Translations under genes and position numbers: made by a program | Part shown: piece after piece, positions 40,484 to 50,475 of the stretch | Layout: every line of letters begins with the position of its first letter | Position numbering within the stretch: position 1 is the stretch's first letter | The notes under the pieces: model-generated | Database searches by the model: none | What the model saw: only the letters and a program-made list of their open reading frames with translations | What the model was told of the DNA's origin: nothing | NCBI GenBank assembly: GCA_963755915.1 | Contig: CAVWLP010000002.1 | Location: 896,001-960,000 of the forward strand | DNA length: 64,000 bases | Direction: 5' to 3' | DNA from: an uncultured Phycisphaerales bacterium | Lineage (GTDB): Bacteria > Planctomycetota > Phycisphaerae > Tepidisphaerales > Tepidisphaeraceae

Positions 40484-43400
40484 TTATGTGCCACTGCCAG
40501 CGATATATGTTAATTGCCACGGCGCGCTTTGGTAATTCGTTGCATAAACCGGCTCACCCGTGGGAGCGGCCCATCCGATTGGGGCTGTGATCGTCGGCGC
40601 AGCGCCGACGAATCCCCAACCGCCGGTTGGACCCGCACCATCTTTCGCATCAAACGACGCACTCCACTGAAGGACCCCTAGAGGGATCCATTGACTGTTT
40701 GCCCCGACAGGCTGGTACATGATATATAGCGAGTAAAGGTCATTTCTAACTATTTCGTTGGCCGACAAGGTTGTTCCCGGTATCGGCAATGCGTACGACG
40801 AGGAGCCATTGTCGGTCCAATCATAAATCGATGCACCCGTCGACAGCATGGCGTTCGCTACCGGAGCGAGGGCGGCGTCATCCCAGATCGGACTAGTCGG
40901 CGGCGGATTATAAGGGAAACTACCGCTGGGGCTGTCCAAGACCCATTGCCCGTTAACTGATGATGCCCAGGTCTGGTAGGGATTAAACCCATCAGACCAA
41001 TGATCCTCTTCGTCATTTGCCTTCACCATCTGCAGGTAGCTCCAGTTCCCAGCCTGCGCAAATACTGACGGCTGTTGCACGGAAACACTCTGAAAAATAT
41101 CTGAAATAAATGTTGCATGAGGAGTCACATCAACCGCATCAATTTGCGATGTGGGGACGTCGACTTGGAATGCTCCAAAATAGGGCGCGGCGCTCACAAT
41201 CGACGCGGTAGGGCTGTAAACCTTAAATGTCGTCGACTGTGAAGCGACTGTGCCGTTGCCAAGTGTAACGCGTATGCCTATCTGCTGGTTGGTGGCACTT
41301 CCAAAATCCCCTCCCGTTGTAAGCCAAAAAAATTGAATGCTCTGGTCCTGTGTACCGGTATTGTTGGTCGCGAAATTGGCCTGCAACGGCACGTTCGACG
41401 CTGTGCTGCCAGATTGGTTCCATTCCATTAGGGTATTCCCCGGCACGCTCCAATTGTATTTGAGATTATTGAGCCAAGCCGCCGGACCCTGTACCTGCGC
41501 TTGTAGCTCCACCATCTGCCCCACCATCCAATTATTCGTCTGTCCCGCGATATCGTTCCCTTGAATTCCTGCATTATTTGGATCGTTTTCGGCGATGATC
41601 TGCACCTTCACCGCAGTCGCAGGCTGCGTGCTAGCCTGCGTCACTGGCGTCGATGATCCAGGTGCCATGATGGCGAGCGTGAAGACGATATCCCCCAAAC
41701 TCGCGCTCCCCTGCGTCGCACCAACCCAAAGCGTGCTGGGAATCGTATCCGTGCCAACAGTCCAGGTGACGCTGCTCGTCTGCCCGCTCCCGCCCAGTAG
41801 CGGCGTGTCCACGCTCTGTGGGTCGTCGCTGTTCCAGACATCGACCTCATTAGGTGCCGACGTGGAAAGGGTGATCTGAGTACCATCCGGAAGAGTCCCG
41901 GAGCCATCAACCGGGCCTCCTGGAACTACGAGATTCAGAGGAACCATGTCCATGGTCCCACTACTACTACCCTGCAAAACCTGATCTTCGGTATCGTTAC
42001 CCAATGTGATACTCAGCAATTCGGGAGCCCATGTCAGGTTGTCGATAAACGGGACCGGCGTACTGGTATCGGCTCTGATCTCTGTAATGTCCGGATATTG
42101 CGAAAGATCGACTTGCTCCCCCGGGACCACACTCAACTCTGTCGAAAATTCCCCGCCCTGATAGATCTCTATTTCCCCACTTACACTTGAGATCGTATCA
42201 ACCTCGAAACTCATATCGTATGCCGGCGGCGAAAAGTATAAATTTTGGTTGCTGCCAATTCGAGCGACAGTATTCGGGGTGTAATTTCCTTCGGCTACGA
42301 ACGTCGCAACACCTACAAGGTTACCGCCCCACGCGTAGACATTTTCAATTCCCGGTCCATCGGGATCGGAAAGCTCACCGGACGTGATCGTATTTGGCAA
42401 GGCAGTGGTCCAAGTAAATGTCGGCTGTGATAACATTGGATCACCAAACTGATCGTTTTGGACCGCGGAATATTGTAAGAATCCACCAACCGCAATCGTT
42501 GCCAACTCGGGGGAAACCGAAACACTCGTCGCCACCTGATTAACGTCCACGCTCACGTCGCTCCCCACCGACAACCCCGTGTCACCATCCGTCGCCGTAC
42601 ACCGGAAATCATAATTCCCCGCCGCCGACAGAATCACATCCGTCGTCTGCTCGCTATTGGTGAATTCCGGCGCTGGCCCGCCGGGGCCGGAGATCAATTG
42701 CCATGAATAATCGATCGGATCATTCCCCGAAACCGCCGTCATCGTCAGGCTCAGCGTCGTATTCGTCGGCTGGGAAGAGGTCGCCGCTTGCGTGATCGCG
42801 GGCGCCGTCGGCCCTTCCGTGCCGCCGTTCCCATCCGAGGGATCCGTCGCCGCCGAGGTAAATCCGACGGCCGGCATCCCCGTCCCCGCCGGCAGAAGCT
42901 CGAAATAATACGCCGTCGACGGCGAAAGATTGGAGGCGACAAAATCGGTGACGCCGGCGGAGAGGTTTTCGGTCGTCACATTCGTCTGAAAATTCGGATC
43001 GGTGCTGATCAGCAGCGTTTCGCCGCTATTCAGGATCGGTAGCGCCGGCCACAGGACCTGGATGTCGTAGGCGTCCAGCGGCGTCGCCGTCAGGGCGGCG
43101 GGAGAGACGACCGCGGTCGACTCCACCTCCGTCGTCGAATTGGAACTGCTGTCGGTGATCGTCGTCGTCACCTGGTACGTCCCCGTCTGACCGTAAACGT
43201 GATTGGCCAGCACGTGAAATGTGCCGTTTCCGTCGCTGACAATAGCCCCCGTAGTCGGCGTGGAAGAATCCCCCCAGTCGATTGATGCCGTCAGATCGCT
43301 CAACGGCGTATTTGCCGCATCCGTAAACGTCGCCACATACTGCGGCGGAACGGTGTAACTGCCCGCGGGCCAGACGACCGAGCCCAGCCCGAAGTTGGCC

Positions 43401-44263
43401 CCCTGGGCGGAAAAATCCGAGCCGTTGAACACCCCGGTGTAATCAAAATCCCCCTCGTCCCAGCCGGTCACGCTCGCTCCGAAATTGCCCGTCATGGCGA
43501 AATCCGTCCCATTCACATTGCCGTCCAGGTTGGCGTCTCCCATCAGGGTGTACATGATCTCGATTTGCCCCGAAGCCAGCCCAGAAATCTTGCCGTCCGC
43601 CTCATCGGCATAACCGAGCGCATAATAGTGCCCGAACGTCGGCGTCTGCGCGGAAGATGAGATGATCCCCATCCCATTCCACCCGCCGCCGTTACGGCCC
43701 GAGATGAGATAGCTTCGGATCGTGGAAACCGAATCGCTCCCGCCCCCATTGCCGCCGTTCCCGTAATCGATGATCAATTTATTGTCCCCGACGTCGAGGA
43801 CGCCGCTGCCCGATATCGTCAGCGAATCGACGGTACTGGTTCGCGACCGATTCGTCGGCGAATCCGCCGATGAAAGCGTAAGCTGCCCCGCGATATCCAG
43901 CGACCCCTCATTCACCTCATCCACCGCCACCGAGACCCCCGCCGGAACGTAGATCGACCCGCTCCCGTCGATGTCCCCGGCGTCCAGAAGCACCCCGGCG
44001 ATCGCCTGAATGGAAGTCCCGGTCCCCGTCAATCCGCTGAGCAGCACCCGCGGCTCCAGCGCCTCCACAATCGCTTTGATCTGAAGATACCCCGCCCTGC
44101 GACGCCCCCCGCCCAAACACCCCTGCCCAAACGCCTGCCACAATCCCACCGCGCGGCCCGGCCGCGATTTCCTTCCCTCATATACCCACCTTTCCTTCCA
44201 GAATTGGCCAGCAACAATAACCAAATGTAGCCGGACAACGCAAAAAGGAAGGGCTAAACACAC
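40484..44263 (-). CDS. large secreted multidomain protein (LEPRxLL motif, dockerin-like, PKD/FN3/Ig-like domains); start uncertain
   Basis: EALEPRVLLS; GDANLDGNVNGTDF; ASIDWGD; LSPSTAYYF. Confidence 0.8.
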   Translation of the reverse strand: MCLALPFCVVRLHLVIVAGQFWKERWVYEGRKSRPGRAVGLWQAFGQGCLGGGRRRAGYLQIKAIVEALEPRVLLSGLTGTGTSIQAIAGVLLDAGDIDGSGSIYVPAGVSVAVDEVNEGSLDIAGQLTLSSADSPTNRSRTSTVDSLTISGSGVLDVGDNKLIIDYGNGGNGGGSDSVSTIRSYLISGRNGGGWNGMGIISSSAQTPTFGHYYALGYADEADGKISGLASGQIEIMYTLMGDANLDGNVNGTDFAMTGNFGASVTGWDEGDFDYTGVFNGSDFSAQGANFGLGSVVWPAGSYTVPPQYVATFTDAANTPLSDLTASIDWGDSSTPTTGAIVSDGNGTFHVLANHVYGQTGTYQVTTTITDSSSNSTTEVESTAVVSPAALTATPLDAYDIQVLWPALPILNSGETLLISTDPNFQTNVTTENLSAGVTDFVASNLSPSTAYYFELLPAGTGMPAVGFTSAATDPSDGNGGTEGPTAPAITQAATSSQPTNTTLSLTMTAVSGNDPIDYSWQLISGPGGPAPEFTNSEQTTDVILSAAGNYDFRCTATDGDTGLSVGSDVSVDVNQVATSVSVSPELATIAVGGFLQYSAVQNDQFGDPMLSQPTFTWTTALPNTITSGELSDPDGPGIENVYAWGGNLVGVATFVAEGNYTPNTVARIGSNQNLYFSPPAYDMSFEVDTISSVSGEIEIYQGGEFSTELSVVPGEQVDLSQYPDITEIRADTSTPVPFIDNLTWAPELLSITLGNDTEDQVLQGSSSGTMDMVPLNLVVPGGPVDGSGTLPDGTQITLSTSAPNEVDVWNSDDPQSVDTPLLGGSGQTSSVTWTVGTDTIPSTLWVGATQGSASLGDIVFTLAIMAPGSSTPVTQASTQPATAVKVQIIAENDPNNAGIQGNDIAGQTNNWMVGQMVELQAQVQGPAAWLNNLKYNWSVPGNTLMEWNQSGSTASNVPLQANFATNNTGTQDQSIQFFWLTTGGDFGSATNQQIGIRVTLGNGTVASQSTTFKVYSPTASIVSAAPYFGAFQVDVPTSQIDAVDVTPHATFISDIFQSVSVQQPSVFAQAGNWSYLQMVKANDEEDHWSDGFNPYQTWASSVNGQWVLDSPSGSFPYNPPPTSPIWDDAALAPVANAMLSTGASIYDWTDNGSSSYALPIPGTTLSANEIVRNDLYSLYIMYQPVGANSQWIPLGVLQWSASFDAKDGAGPTGGWGFVGAAPTITAPIGWAAPTGEPVYATNYQSAPWQLTYIAGSGT

Positions 44264-44529
44264 AACCCCAACTAAACCATCACAAACAGGCTCGGAAGCC
44301 CTCCCCCGCCCAAAGCTCCCCTAGTGTGTGCCAATGAATACAGCGCGAAAGTGATATCATTGATATCATTGATATCACGAAAAGTGCCTACCCAACCCGC
44401 CCAGATACCCCATCTTACTGCGGGCTGTAAACTTTTGCACTCGATGCACCCGCGCCCAAATTTTATCCCCCTTTCACACTTTCAAACCTTCACACCTTCT
44501 CACCGCTTTTTCCGCCGCAACCCAGAAGC

Positions 44530-44973
44530 TCACTTCGACGATTTCGGAGATTTCTGTTTGGGCGTGGGCAATGACTCTATATCGCGGACCTGGTTCATGA
44601 GCTCCGGCTTGCCGAGGTGGTCGGCACAGAAGCGGGCGATGGCTTTCAGGCCGTTGGCATACCAGTGCAGCAGCCGGGGGCTGGCGCGGATTTCGGGGGG
44701 GACCTTCGACCAGATCAAGCCCTGGTTGAAGATGGAATTCTCGTGCTGCCGGCAGAGCTGGCAGAGCTTCTGGCTGTCGCCGGTGGCGGCGGCGTCGAAG
44801 AGCTGTTTGCGGAGGACCTCGGGAGTGAGCGGCGGATCGTTGACCTTGGGGATGCGCAGCTCGATGAGGACGGGGTCGTCGTGGGCGGGCGATTTGCCGG
44901 GCGACTTAGTGGGGCCGCGCTGCGGGGTGCGTTTTTTGAGGAAGCCGAATAGTCCCATGATATCGATTGCCAT
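44530..44973 (-). CDS. hypothetical protein
   Basis: MGLFGFLKK start, host-like codon usage. Confidence 0.6.
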   Translation of the reverse strand: MAIDIMGLFGFLKKRTPQRGPTKSPGKSPAHDDPVLIELRIPKVNDPPLTPEVLRKQLFDAAATGDSQKLCQLCRQHENSIFNQGLIWSKVPPEIRASPRLLHWYANGLKAIARFCADHLGKPELMNQVRDIESLPTPKQKSPKSSK

Positions 44974-45024
44974 TAACTTGCGATAAACACCGTGGTTTGG
45001 GGTTCTATCGGTATCAATGCCGGA

Positions 45025-45870
45025 TCAGGTCCATTGAAGCTCCAATTGCGAAAAAGCGGGCCGTTCGTGGGCCGATAACCATTCGGTGGCCCGGTCCTGC
45101 TCGGCGAGAACGAGCCGCTCGGCGATGCGCGGATCGGATGAAAAGAGTTCGCGAACTAAATTCGGGCAATTGCACTGCCGGCTGCGGTGGAGCAGGACAA
45201 TGTGTTTGGGGAGAATTCTTTTTCGCTGGTGCGAGTGGTCGAGGATTTTCTGGACGATTTCGAGGGCCTGCTGATTGGAGAGATGTCCGCGGCCGCCCAT
45301 GATGCGGCGTTTGAGGAACCAGGGGCGATCGCTGGCAAGCTGCATGTCGGGGTCGTAATTGCTCTCGATGGCCAGCAGATCGACGCCGCAGAAGGTGCGG
45401 ATAAGGTGCTCGCTGACGCGGCCAAGATCGGTGGCGTAGCCGACGCGGGAATTCTGGGATTCGATGAGGAAACCGTGGGAGCCCAGCTCGTCGTGATCGA
45501 GGGGGATGGGGGTGAGATTGAGGCCTTCGATTGGGGCGAAGGGGTGACCGTTAAAAGTTTTTATGAGGTGCGAAAATTCTGCTCCCTTTCCGCTGAGATT
45601 CGCGAGCTCTTGGGCGCGGGACTGGTGGCAATAGACAGCGATGCCGGCTTGAATGATGCGGCGGAGCCAGGATTGGGAGAAATGATCGGAGTCGAGATGG
45701 GTGAGGCAGATGGCGGAAATATTTTCGACGGTGAGGTCGAGATTTTTCATGCGGGATGCGGCGGTTCGGGGGCCGATGCCGCAATCGATGAGGATCGCGC
45801 CGGAGGGGGAGCGGAGGACGGAGCAGTTTCCAGAGGAGCCGCTGGCGAGAATTGAGAGGGAGAGGGACAT
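45025..45870 (-). CDS. metallo-beta-lactamase-fold hydrolase (YycJ/WalJ-like)
   Basis: ASGSSGN, THLDSDH, ATDLG, ESNYD, GHLSN. Confidence 0.88.
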   Translation of the reverse strand: MSLSLSILASGSSGNCSVLRSPSGAILIDCGIGPRTAASRMKNLDLTVENISAICLTHLDSDHFSQSWLRRIIQAGIAVYCHQSRAQELANLSGKGAEFSHLIKTFNGHPFAPIEGLNLTPIPLDHDELGSHGFLIESQNSRVGYATDLGRVSEHLIRTFCGVDLLAIESNYDPDMQLASDRPWFLKRRIMGGRGHLSNQQALEIVQKILDHSHQRKRILPKHIVLLHRSRQCNCPNLVRELFSSDPRIAERLVLAEQDRATEWLSAHERPAFSQLELQWT

Positions 45871-45882
45871 CCGTGTCCTGTG

Positions 45883-46116
45883 TTAGGCGCTTTTTCGCTC
45901 GAATCCCCTGATTTCGACTTCCACACCGGAACCAATCGCTTTCTCCGCATCGAGGAGCAAGCGCCGTGTTATCTTCTCGGAAATGTATTGTTCACCGCAG
46001 TTGTCACAGACGTCGGCAGGAACGGACTTATAGACAAGCGTTGCGCCCTCTCGCTCCAGCGTTACGGTAACGCGTGCGCGCCTGGTATTGCCGTGTTTGC
46101 AGATTGTGCACTTCAT
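45883..46116 (-). CDS. YgiT-type zinc-finger antitoxin (MqsA-like N-terminal domain only)
   Basis: MKCTIC..VPADVCDNCGE. Confidence 0.85.
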   Translation of the reverse strand: MKCTICKHGNTRRARVTVTLEREGATLVYKSVPADVCDNCGEQYISEKITRRLLLDAEKAIGSGVEVEIRGFERKSA

Positions 46117-46403
46117 CTTCGTTTTCTACGATGCCGAAATGTTTTATCCCATTGTCTCGGGTCCGGCCAGTATACAGTTATGATAACCGTCGCCCGGGCT
46201 GAAATATCGTCGGTTGCCACAACGTGTAGCGGGCGGCCGTTTGGAAATCCTAAAACAAGATAGCTTGGCCAAGGCACATCGTCCGGATTCACTTTGATAA
46301 TCTTACCTTTTTCCAACGCCTGACGCACATGCGCGGTTGAGATTCCGCGTTGAAACATTCGTCGAACAGCATGGGCGCAATAAATGAGTTTCGCATAACG
46401 CAT
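46113..46403 (-). CDS. DUF4258-like putative RNase toxin
   Basis: HAVRRMFQRGI..RPLHVV..ITVYWPD; ATGA overlap with the zinc-finger gene. Confidence 0.82.
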   Translation of the reverse strand: MRYAKLIYCAHAVRRMFQRGISTAHVRQALEKGKIIKVNPDDVPWPSYLVLGFPNGRPLHVVATDDISARATVIITVYWPDPRQWDKTFRHRRKRR

Positions 46404-46435
46404 GGGCTTGCGCCGGCCAGGGATGGTCTACGCAT

Positions 46436-48391
46436 CTAAACCGCCGCAACGATGGATTTGAACCCGAGCTGGAGGTAATCCAGAACATCCTGCGGCTCGC
46501 GGCCGGATTTGGGGATGTTGTGGACGTAGAGGGCTTTCAGTTTTATTGAAGCGCCCACGGCGGCGATTTGCTCGGCGAGCTCGCTGTCGAGGCCGCCGGT
46601 GTAGTTGTCTTCGACGGTAATGATTCGTCCGCCGGATTTTGAGGCGATGTCAAGGATGCCGGTGTCTTTGAGGGGCAGGCCATAGGCGTCGATGACACCG
46701 GCTTTTTTGCCGGATTTGGCGAGCTCATCGGCGGCTTTGAGACATTCGTGGACCATATAGCCGGCGGAGACAAAGACCAGGTCTTTGCCTTCGCGGAGGA
46801 CCTTGTAGCCGCCGACCTCGAAGGTGTCCTCGGGCTTGTAGAGGGCCTTGGTGTCGGCGCGGAGGGCGCGCTGGTAGCAGGCGCCGTCGATGTTGGCCAT
46901 CAGCTCGGTGATGCGGTAGCAACTGACGGCGTCGGCCGGGAAGAAATAGGACATGGCCGGTTTGCCGTTGTAATTCTTGGTATGGCAGAAGCTGCGGAAG
47001 AAGGCGACGTCTGGGAGGGACATCTGGCTGGGCCCGTCGGCGGCGAGGGTGACGCCGGCGTGGGTGCCGGTGATCTTGAGGTTGGCGCCGGAGATGATGG
47101 CCATTTCAACCTGGTCGTAAGCGCGGACGACGAACTTCGCGAAGGTCGAGCAGAAGGGGATTTTGCCCCCGGCGCTGGCGCCGGCGGCGACGGAGATCAT
47201 GTTCTGCTCGGCGATTTTGCACTCCAGATATTGGGCGGGGAATTTCTTGGCGAACCATTCGGCGTGCGTTGAATTTTTGACGTCGGCGTCGAGGCCGACA
47301 ACGCGCTTGTCGGCTTCGCCGAGGGCGACCAGTGCCGCGCCATACGCCTTGCGCGGGGCGATGAGTTTGCCGGCGGCGAGGTCCTTATCCATCCCCACGG
47401 CCGCGAGGCCGTCGGCGTAGGATTTGATCTTGATCGGTTTTTTCTCGCGCGGGGGGGCCTTGGTGGTGATGTCGGCGGGCTTAAGCTCGCCGTCGAGTTT
47501 GTAGTCAGCGACGCCGAGGTCTTTGGCGGTGCGATCGAGCTCGCCGAAGATCGTGGTGAGCTTGTCCTTTTTCACGGGCGTGCCGTGCTTGCCCATGCCC
47601 TGCTCGTCGGGCGCGCCCCAGCCCTTGATGGTTCGGGCGACGATGGCGAGAGGGCGATTGCCGTTTTGGACAACCAAGATTTCGCTGAGCGCCTGGTCGA
47701 TTCCACCGGGGTCGTGGCCGTTGACCGTGCGGACGATGAAGCCGAAGGCGTGCAGCTTGTCGGCGAGGCCCTGGTAGCTCTGCTGGGGCGATACATAGTC
47801 GCTCTGGGCAAGTTCGTTGCAGTTGAAGATGGGGACGACGTTGGTGAGTGCGTGATCGGCGATGAAGTCGGCAGCTTCCCAGTTCTGGCCTTCGCGGGAT
47901 TCACCGTCGCCGATGATGCAATAGAAATTCCGATCGATCTTGTCCATGCGTGCGGCGGCGGCGAGACCGGCGGCGACGGAAAGCCCCTGGCCGAGGCTGC
48001 CGGTGGCGGCGTCGAAGAAGGGGACGCCGAGCATCGGATTGGGGTGGCCGTCGATGGAGCTGTCGATGGCGCGGAGGCTCATGGCGTCTTCGCGGGTCAT
48101 GGGTCGGGCCGATTCGCGGCCTTTGCCGAGGGGGATGAACATCGCACCCAGGTCGGCCAGGGCGGCGTAGATGATGGGGACGGCATGGCCCTCGGAAAGA
48201 ACCAGGCGGTCGCTGCCGGGGTTCCACGGGTCCTTGGGGTCCCAGCGCATGCGGTGGTACATCAGGACAGTGACGATGTGGGCAAGGGAGAGGGCGGTCG
48301 AGGGATGGCCGCTGCCGGCGGCGGTGGTGATATCAACAGAAAGTTTGCCGATATCGATTGCTTTTCGATTGACTGCCAGATCGAGGGACAT
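46436..48391 (-). CDS. tkt: transketolase
   Basis: SGHP, LSEGHA, TGSLGQG, GDGE..N, IAEQNM, DGPSQ. Confidence 0.92.
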   Translation of the reverse strand: MSLDLAVNRKAIDIGKLSVDITTAAGSGHPSTALSLAHIVTVLMYHRMRWDPKDPWNPGSDRLVLSEGHAVPIIYAALADLGAMFIPLGKGRESARPMTREDAMSLRAIDSSIDGHPNPMLGVPFFDAATGSLGQGLSVAAGLAAAARMDKIDRNFYCIIGDGESREGQNWEAADFIADHALTNVVPIFNCNELAQSDYVSPQQSYQGLADKLHAFGFIVRTVNGHDPGGIDQALSEILVVQNGNRPLAIVARTIKGWGAPDEQGMGKHGTPVKKDKLTTIFGELDRTAKDLGVADYKLDGELKPADITTKAPPREKKPIKIKSYADGLAAVGMDKDLAAGKLIAPRKAYGAALVALGEADKRVVGLDADVKNSTHAEWFAKKFPAQYLECKIAEQNMISVAAGASAGGKIPFCSTFAKFVVRAYDQVEMAIISGANLKITGTHAGVTLAADGPSQMSLPDVAFFRSFCHTKNYNGKPAMSYFFPADAVSCYRITELMANIDGACYQRALRADTKALYKPEDTFEVGGYKVLREGKDLVFVSAGYMVHECLKAADELAKSGKKAGVIDAYGLPLKDTGILDIASKSGGRIITVEDNYTGGLDSELAEQIAAVGASIKLKALYVHNIPKSGREPQDVLDYLQLGFKSIVAAV

Positions 48392-48490
48392 AAGAGGCCT
48401 CCATGAAAGGAAACGCCGAGAATACTGCGGGGCGGATTGGGACGCAATTCGGACAACCTGCGCAGCGGTTATAGAGGATAAGCGTGGTGG

Positions 48491-48636
48491 TCAGACATTC
48501 GGGGAAAGTGCGGAGAGGATTTTGGGGATATCCAGGGGCCCTTCGATGGAGACGAAGGGGCGCGGGTCGCTCAGGCGGGAGAATTTTAGGGAAATGTGAA
48601 GGGCGTCGCTGGCAGGGGAATCGAAGAGGCGGGCGA
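48491..48636 (-). repeat. duplicated 3' end of the 50476..51129 gene
   Basis: 48504..48602 matches 50489..50587 at 98/99 nt; both encode the same C-terminal peptide. Confidence 0.92.
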
Positions 48637-48963
48637 AATCGGGGGCAAAGGCGGACGGAAGGTTTCGCCTCCACAAATATCATGTGTAGACATTAATTGC
48701 TGTCGGCTCTCGATCCGATTGCTGTGCCCCAATTTTCAATCAGGGGAATTCGTCTAATTTTTAAACTTTCTTTATTTTCGACAATTGTATCTCCGTTTGC
48801 GACTTTTTGGCCGTTAAAAGCTTGATTCTGCGTTCAGGCAGGTTATTTTCGGGGCATTCAAGATTTGAACGAGGCGGTTCCTTCTTAGGTGGTTTCGCTG
48901 CCGTTGTAGGGGATTCGGAACGCCGTGGCACGGAGGGGTCGCCCGCAACTCGGGAGGTGGAAT

Positions 48964-50463
48964 ATGCAATCGGTGAAGAATCGCAAGAGAGTATTGCCGG
49001 CATTGACGATGGCGGCGGCTTCGGCATTCGCCATTAAGTCGGCTAGCGCCGCTTCGCTGAGCGTCTACTACGGCGACACCGCCGGGACAACCAGCGCAAA
49101 TTCCGACGGAATCTATGTGAATGCCGGCGGCGAGCCGTCGACCGCAAACACCGCCATTGGCGGTCTGAGTGGCGGGACGACGATAATGATAAAGCCAAAT
49201 CAGAGCACTCCGACGACAATTTCACTTGCGCCGGGGGGCTACCTCTCGATCTCAATCAATGCGCTGCTCACCGGCGACACAAATCCAGACGGCGGTTTGG
49301 CTGAGGCGACCCCTTCAGGCACTGCCGTCGAGCCAAATAATTTGGGCTTGACTGCTTTAGGGATTCGTGTCCCCGTATCCGCCAACGATGCCAATGGCTC
49401 TATTCTGCAGCCGGTGGCCAACGGCCCTTCGTACACCACGTTCAACGGTACACCTGGCTATAAAAGCTATGCCGTGGTCAACCAGAGTACCACCGCGCCA
49501 GGTGGATCGGAGGTACCGGATTACGATACGAGTTCCCCGGGTGACGTGGAACAAAATAGCGGCAGTGTCGGTGCCAACGTCCAGATCTTCGGCGGTGACA
49601 ACGATCTTGCTCAAAACCCACGTACAGGGATTTCTGCGATCCAAACGCTCTCGGCGAGCACGGCCACCTACAGCAATTCAACCGAATTCTTCCGAAACCT
49701 GATCTATCAGGCGGGTAATCCCGGCATCGTGACCCTTTCACCCTTCGTTGACACAACCGCGACCGGGTACTGGTCAGTATCGACGCCCGCTTCTAATGAG
49801 GTAAGGGGTGTTTACCGATCTCCTACGAAATATCAGTTCACCTATTTTGGAGCCAATGACACTGTCGGAACGCTTCCGGTCCTGGTCATCGATGTGGGAG
49901 AGGCACAACCCGCACATACAATCGTGACGCTCGGATCCTCTGCCCCTACTCCGGCGTATGGAACATCCTCGGGCACCCTGACAGTGACCGGTGGCAATGG
50001 CACATACAACTTCGCTCAGATCAGCGGCTTGAGCGATGTAACCAATTATGTTGAAGCCTCCGGCTGGAACCCGTCGGCAGAGCAAGAGGTTTATGGGTTG
50101 GACGTTCTGGTCAACGGAAACCAGGCGAATTCTGCCCAGCTCGCCACGCTGATCAATGCGATCGACGGCGATAATACCGCTCCGAATTCGGCCACGGGTT
50201 CGCCTGGCCTGACTGCCAGTCAGACCAACCCGGGCGGATTCCCGAGCCAATACGATTTGTTCCTCACATTCGCCGGCGGCAGTTCCGAGTTGAACAGCAC
50301 GGACTATCTCGGCATTGACCTGAGCAGTTCCAATGACTCCAACCTGGTTGGGTACAGCTTTTCGGCAGTTGCGATTGTTCCCGAGCCGCTGAGCGTCGGT
50401 CTTTTGGCGGTCGGCAGCGTGGGGCTTCTGGCTCGTCGTAACCGACGCAGACGCTACACCTGA
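48964..50463 (+). CDS. PEP-CTERM exported protein
   Basis: GGAGG RBS, signal peptide, VPEPLSVGLLAVGSVGLLARRNRRR. Confidence 0.88.
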   Translation: MQSVKNRKRVLPALTMAAASAFAIKSASAASLSVYYGDTAGTTSANSDGIYVNAGGEPSTANTAIGGLSGGTTIMIKPNQSTPTTISLAPGGYLSISINALLTGDTNPDGGLAEATPSGTAVEPNNLGLTALGIRVPVSANDANGSILQPVANGPSYTTFNGTPGYKSYAVVNQSTTAPGGSEVPDYDTSSPGDVEQNSGSVGANVQIFGGDNDLAQNPRTGISAIQTLSASTATYSNSTEFFRNLIYQAGNPGIVTLSPFVDTTATGYWSVSTPASNEVRGVYRSPTKYQFTYFGANDTVGTLPVLVIDVGEAQPAHTIVTLGSSAPTPAYGTSSGTLTVTGGNGTYNFAQISGLSDVTNYVEASGWNPSAEQEVYGLDVLVNGNQANSAQLATLINAIDGDNTAPNSATGSPGLTASQTNPGGFPSQYDLFLTFAGGSSELNSTDYLGIDLSSSNDSNLVGYSFSAVAIVPEPLSVGLLAVGSVGLLARRNRRRRYT

Positions 50464-50475
50464 AGTGAGAATGCT

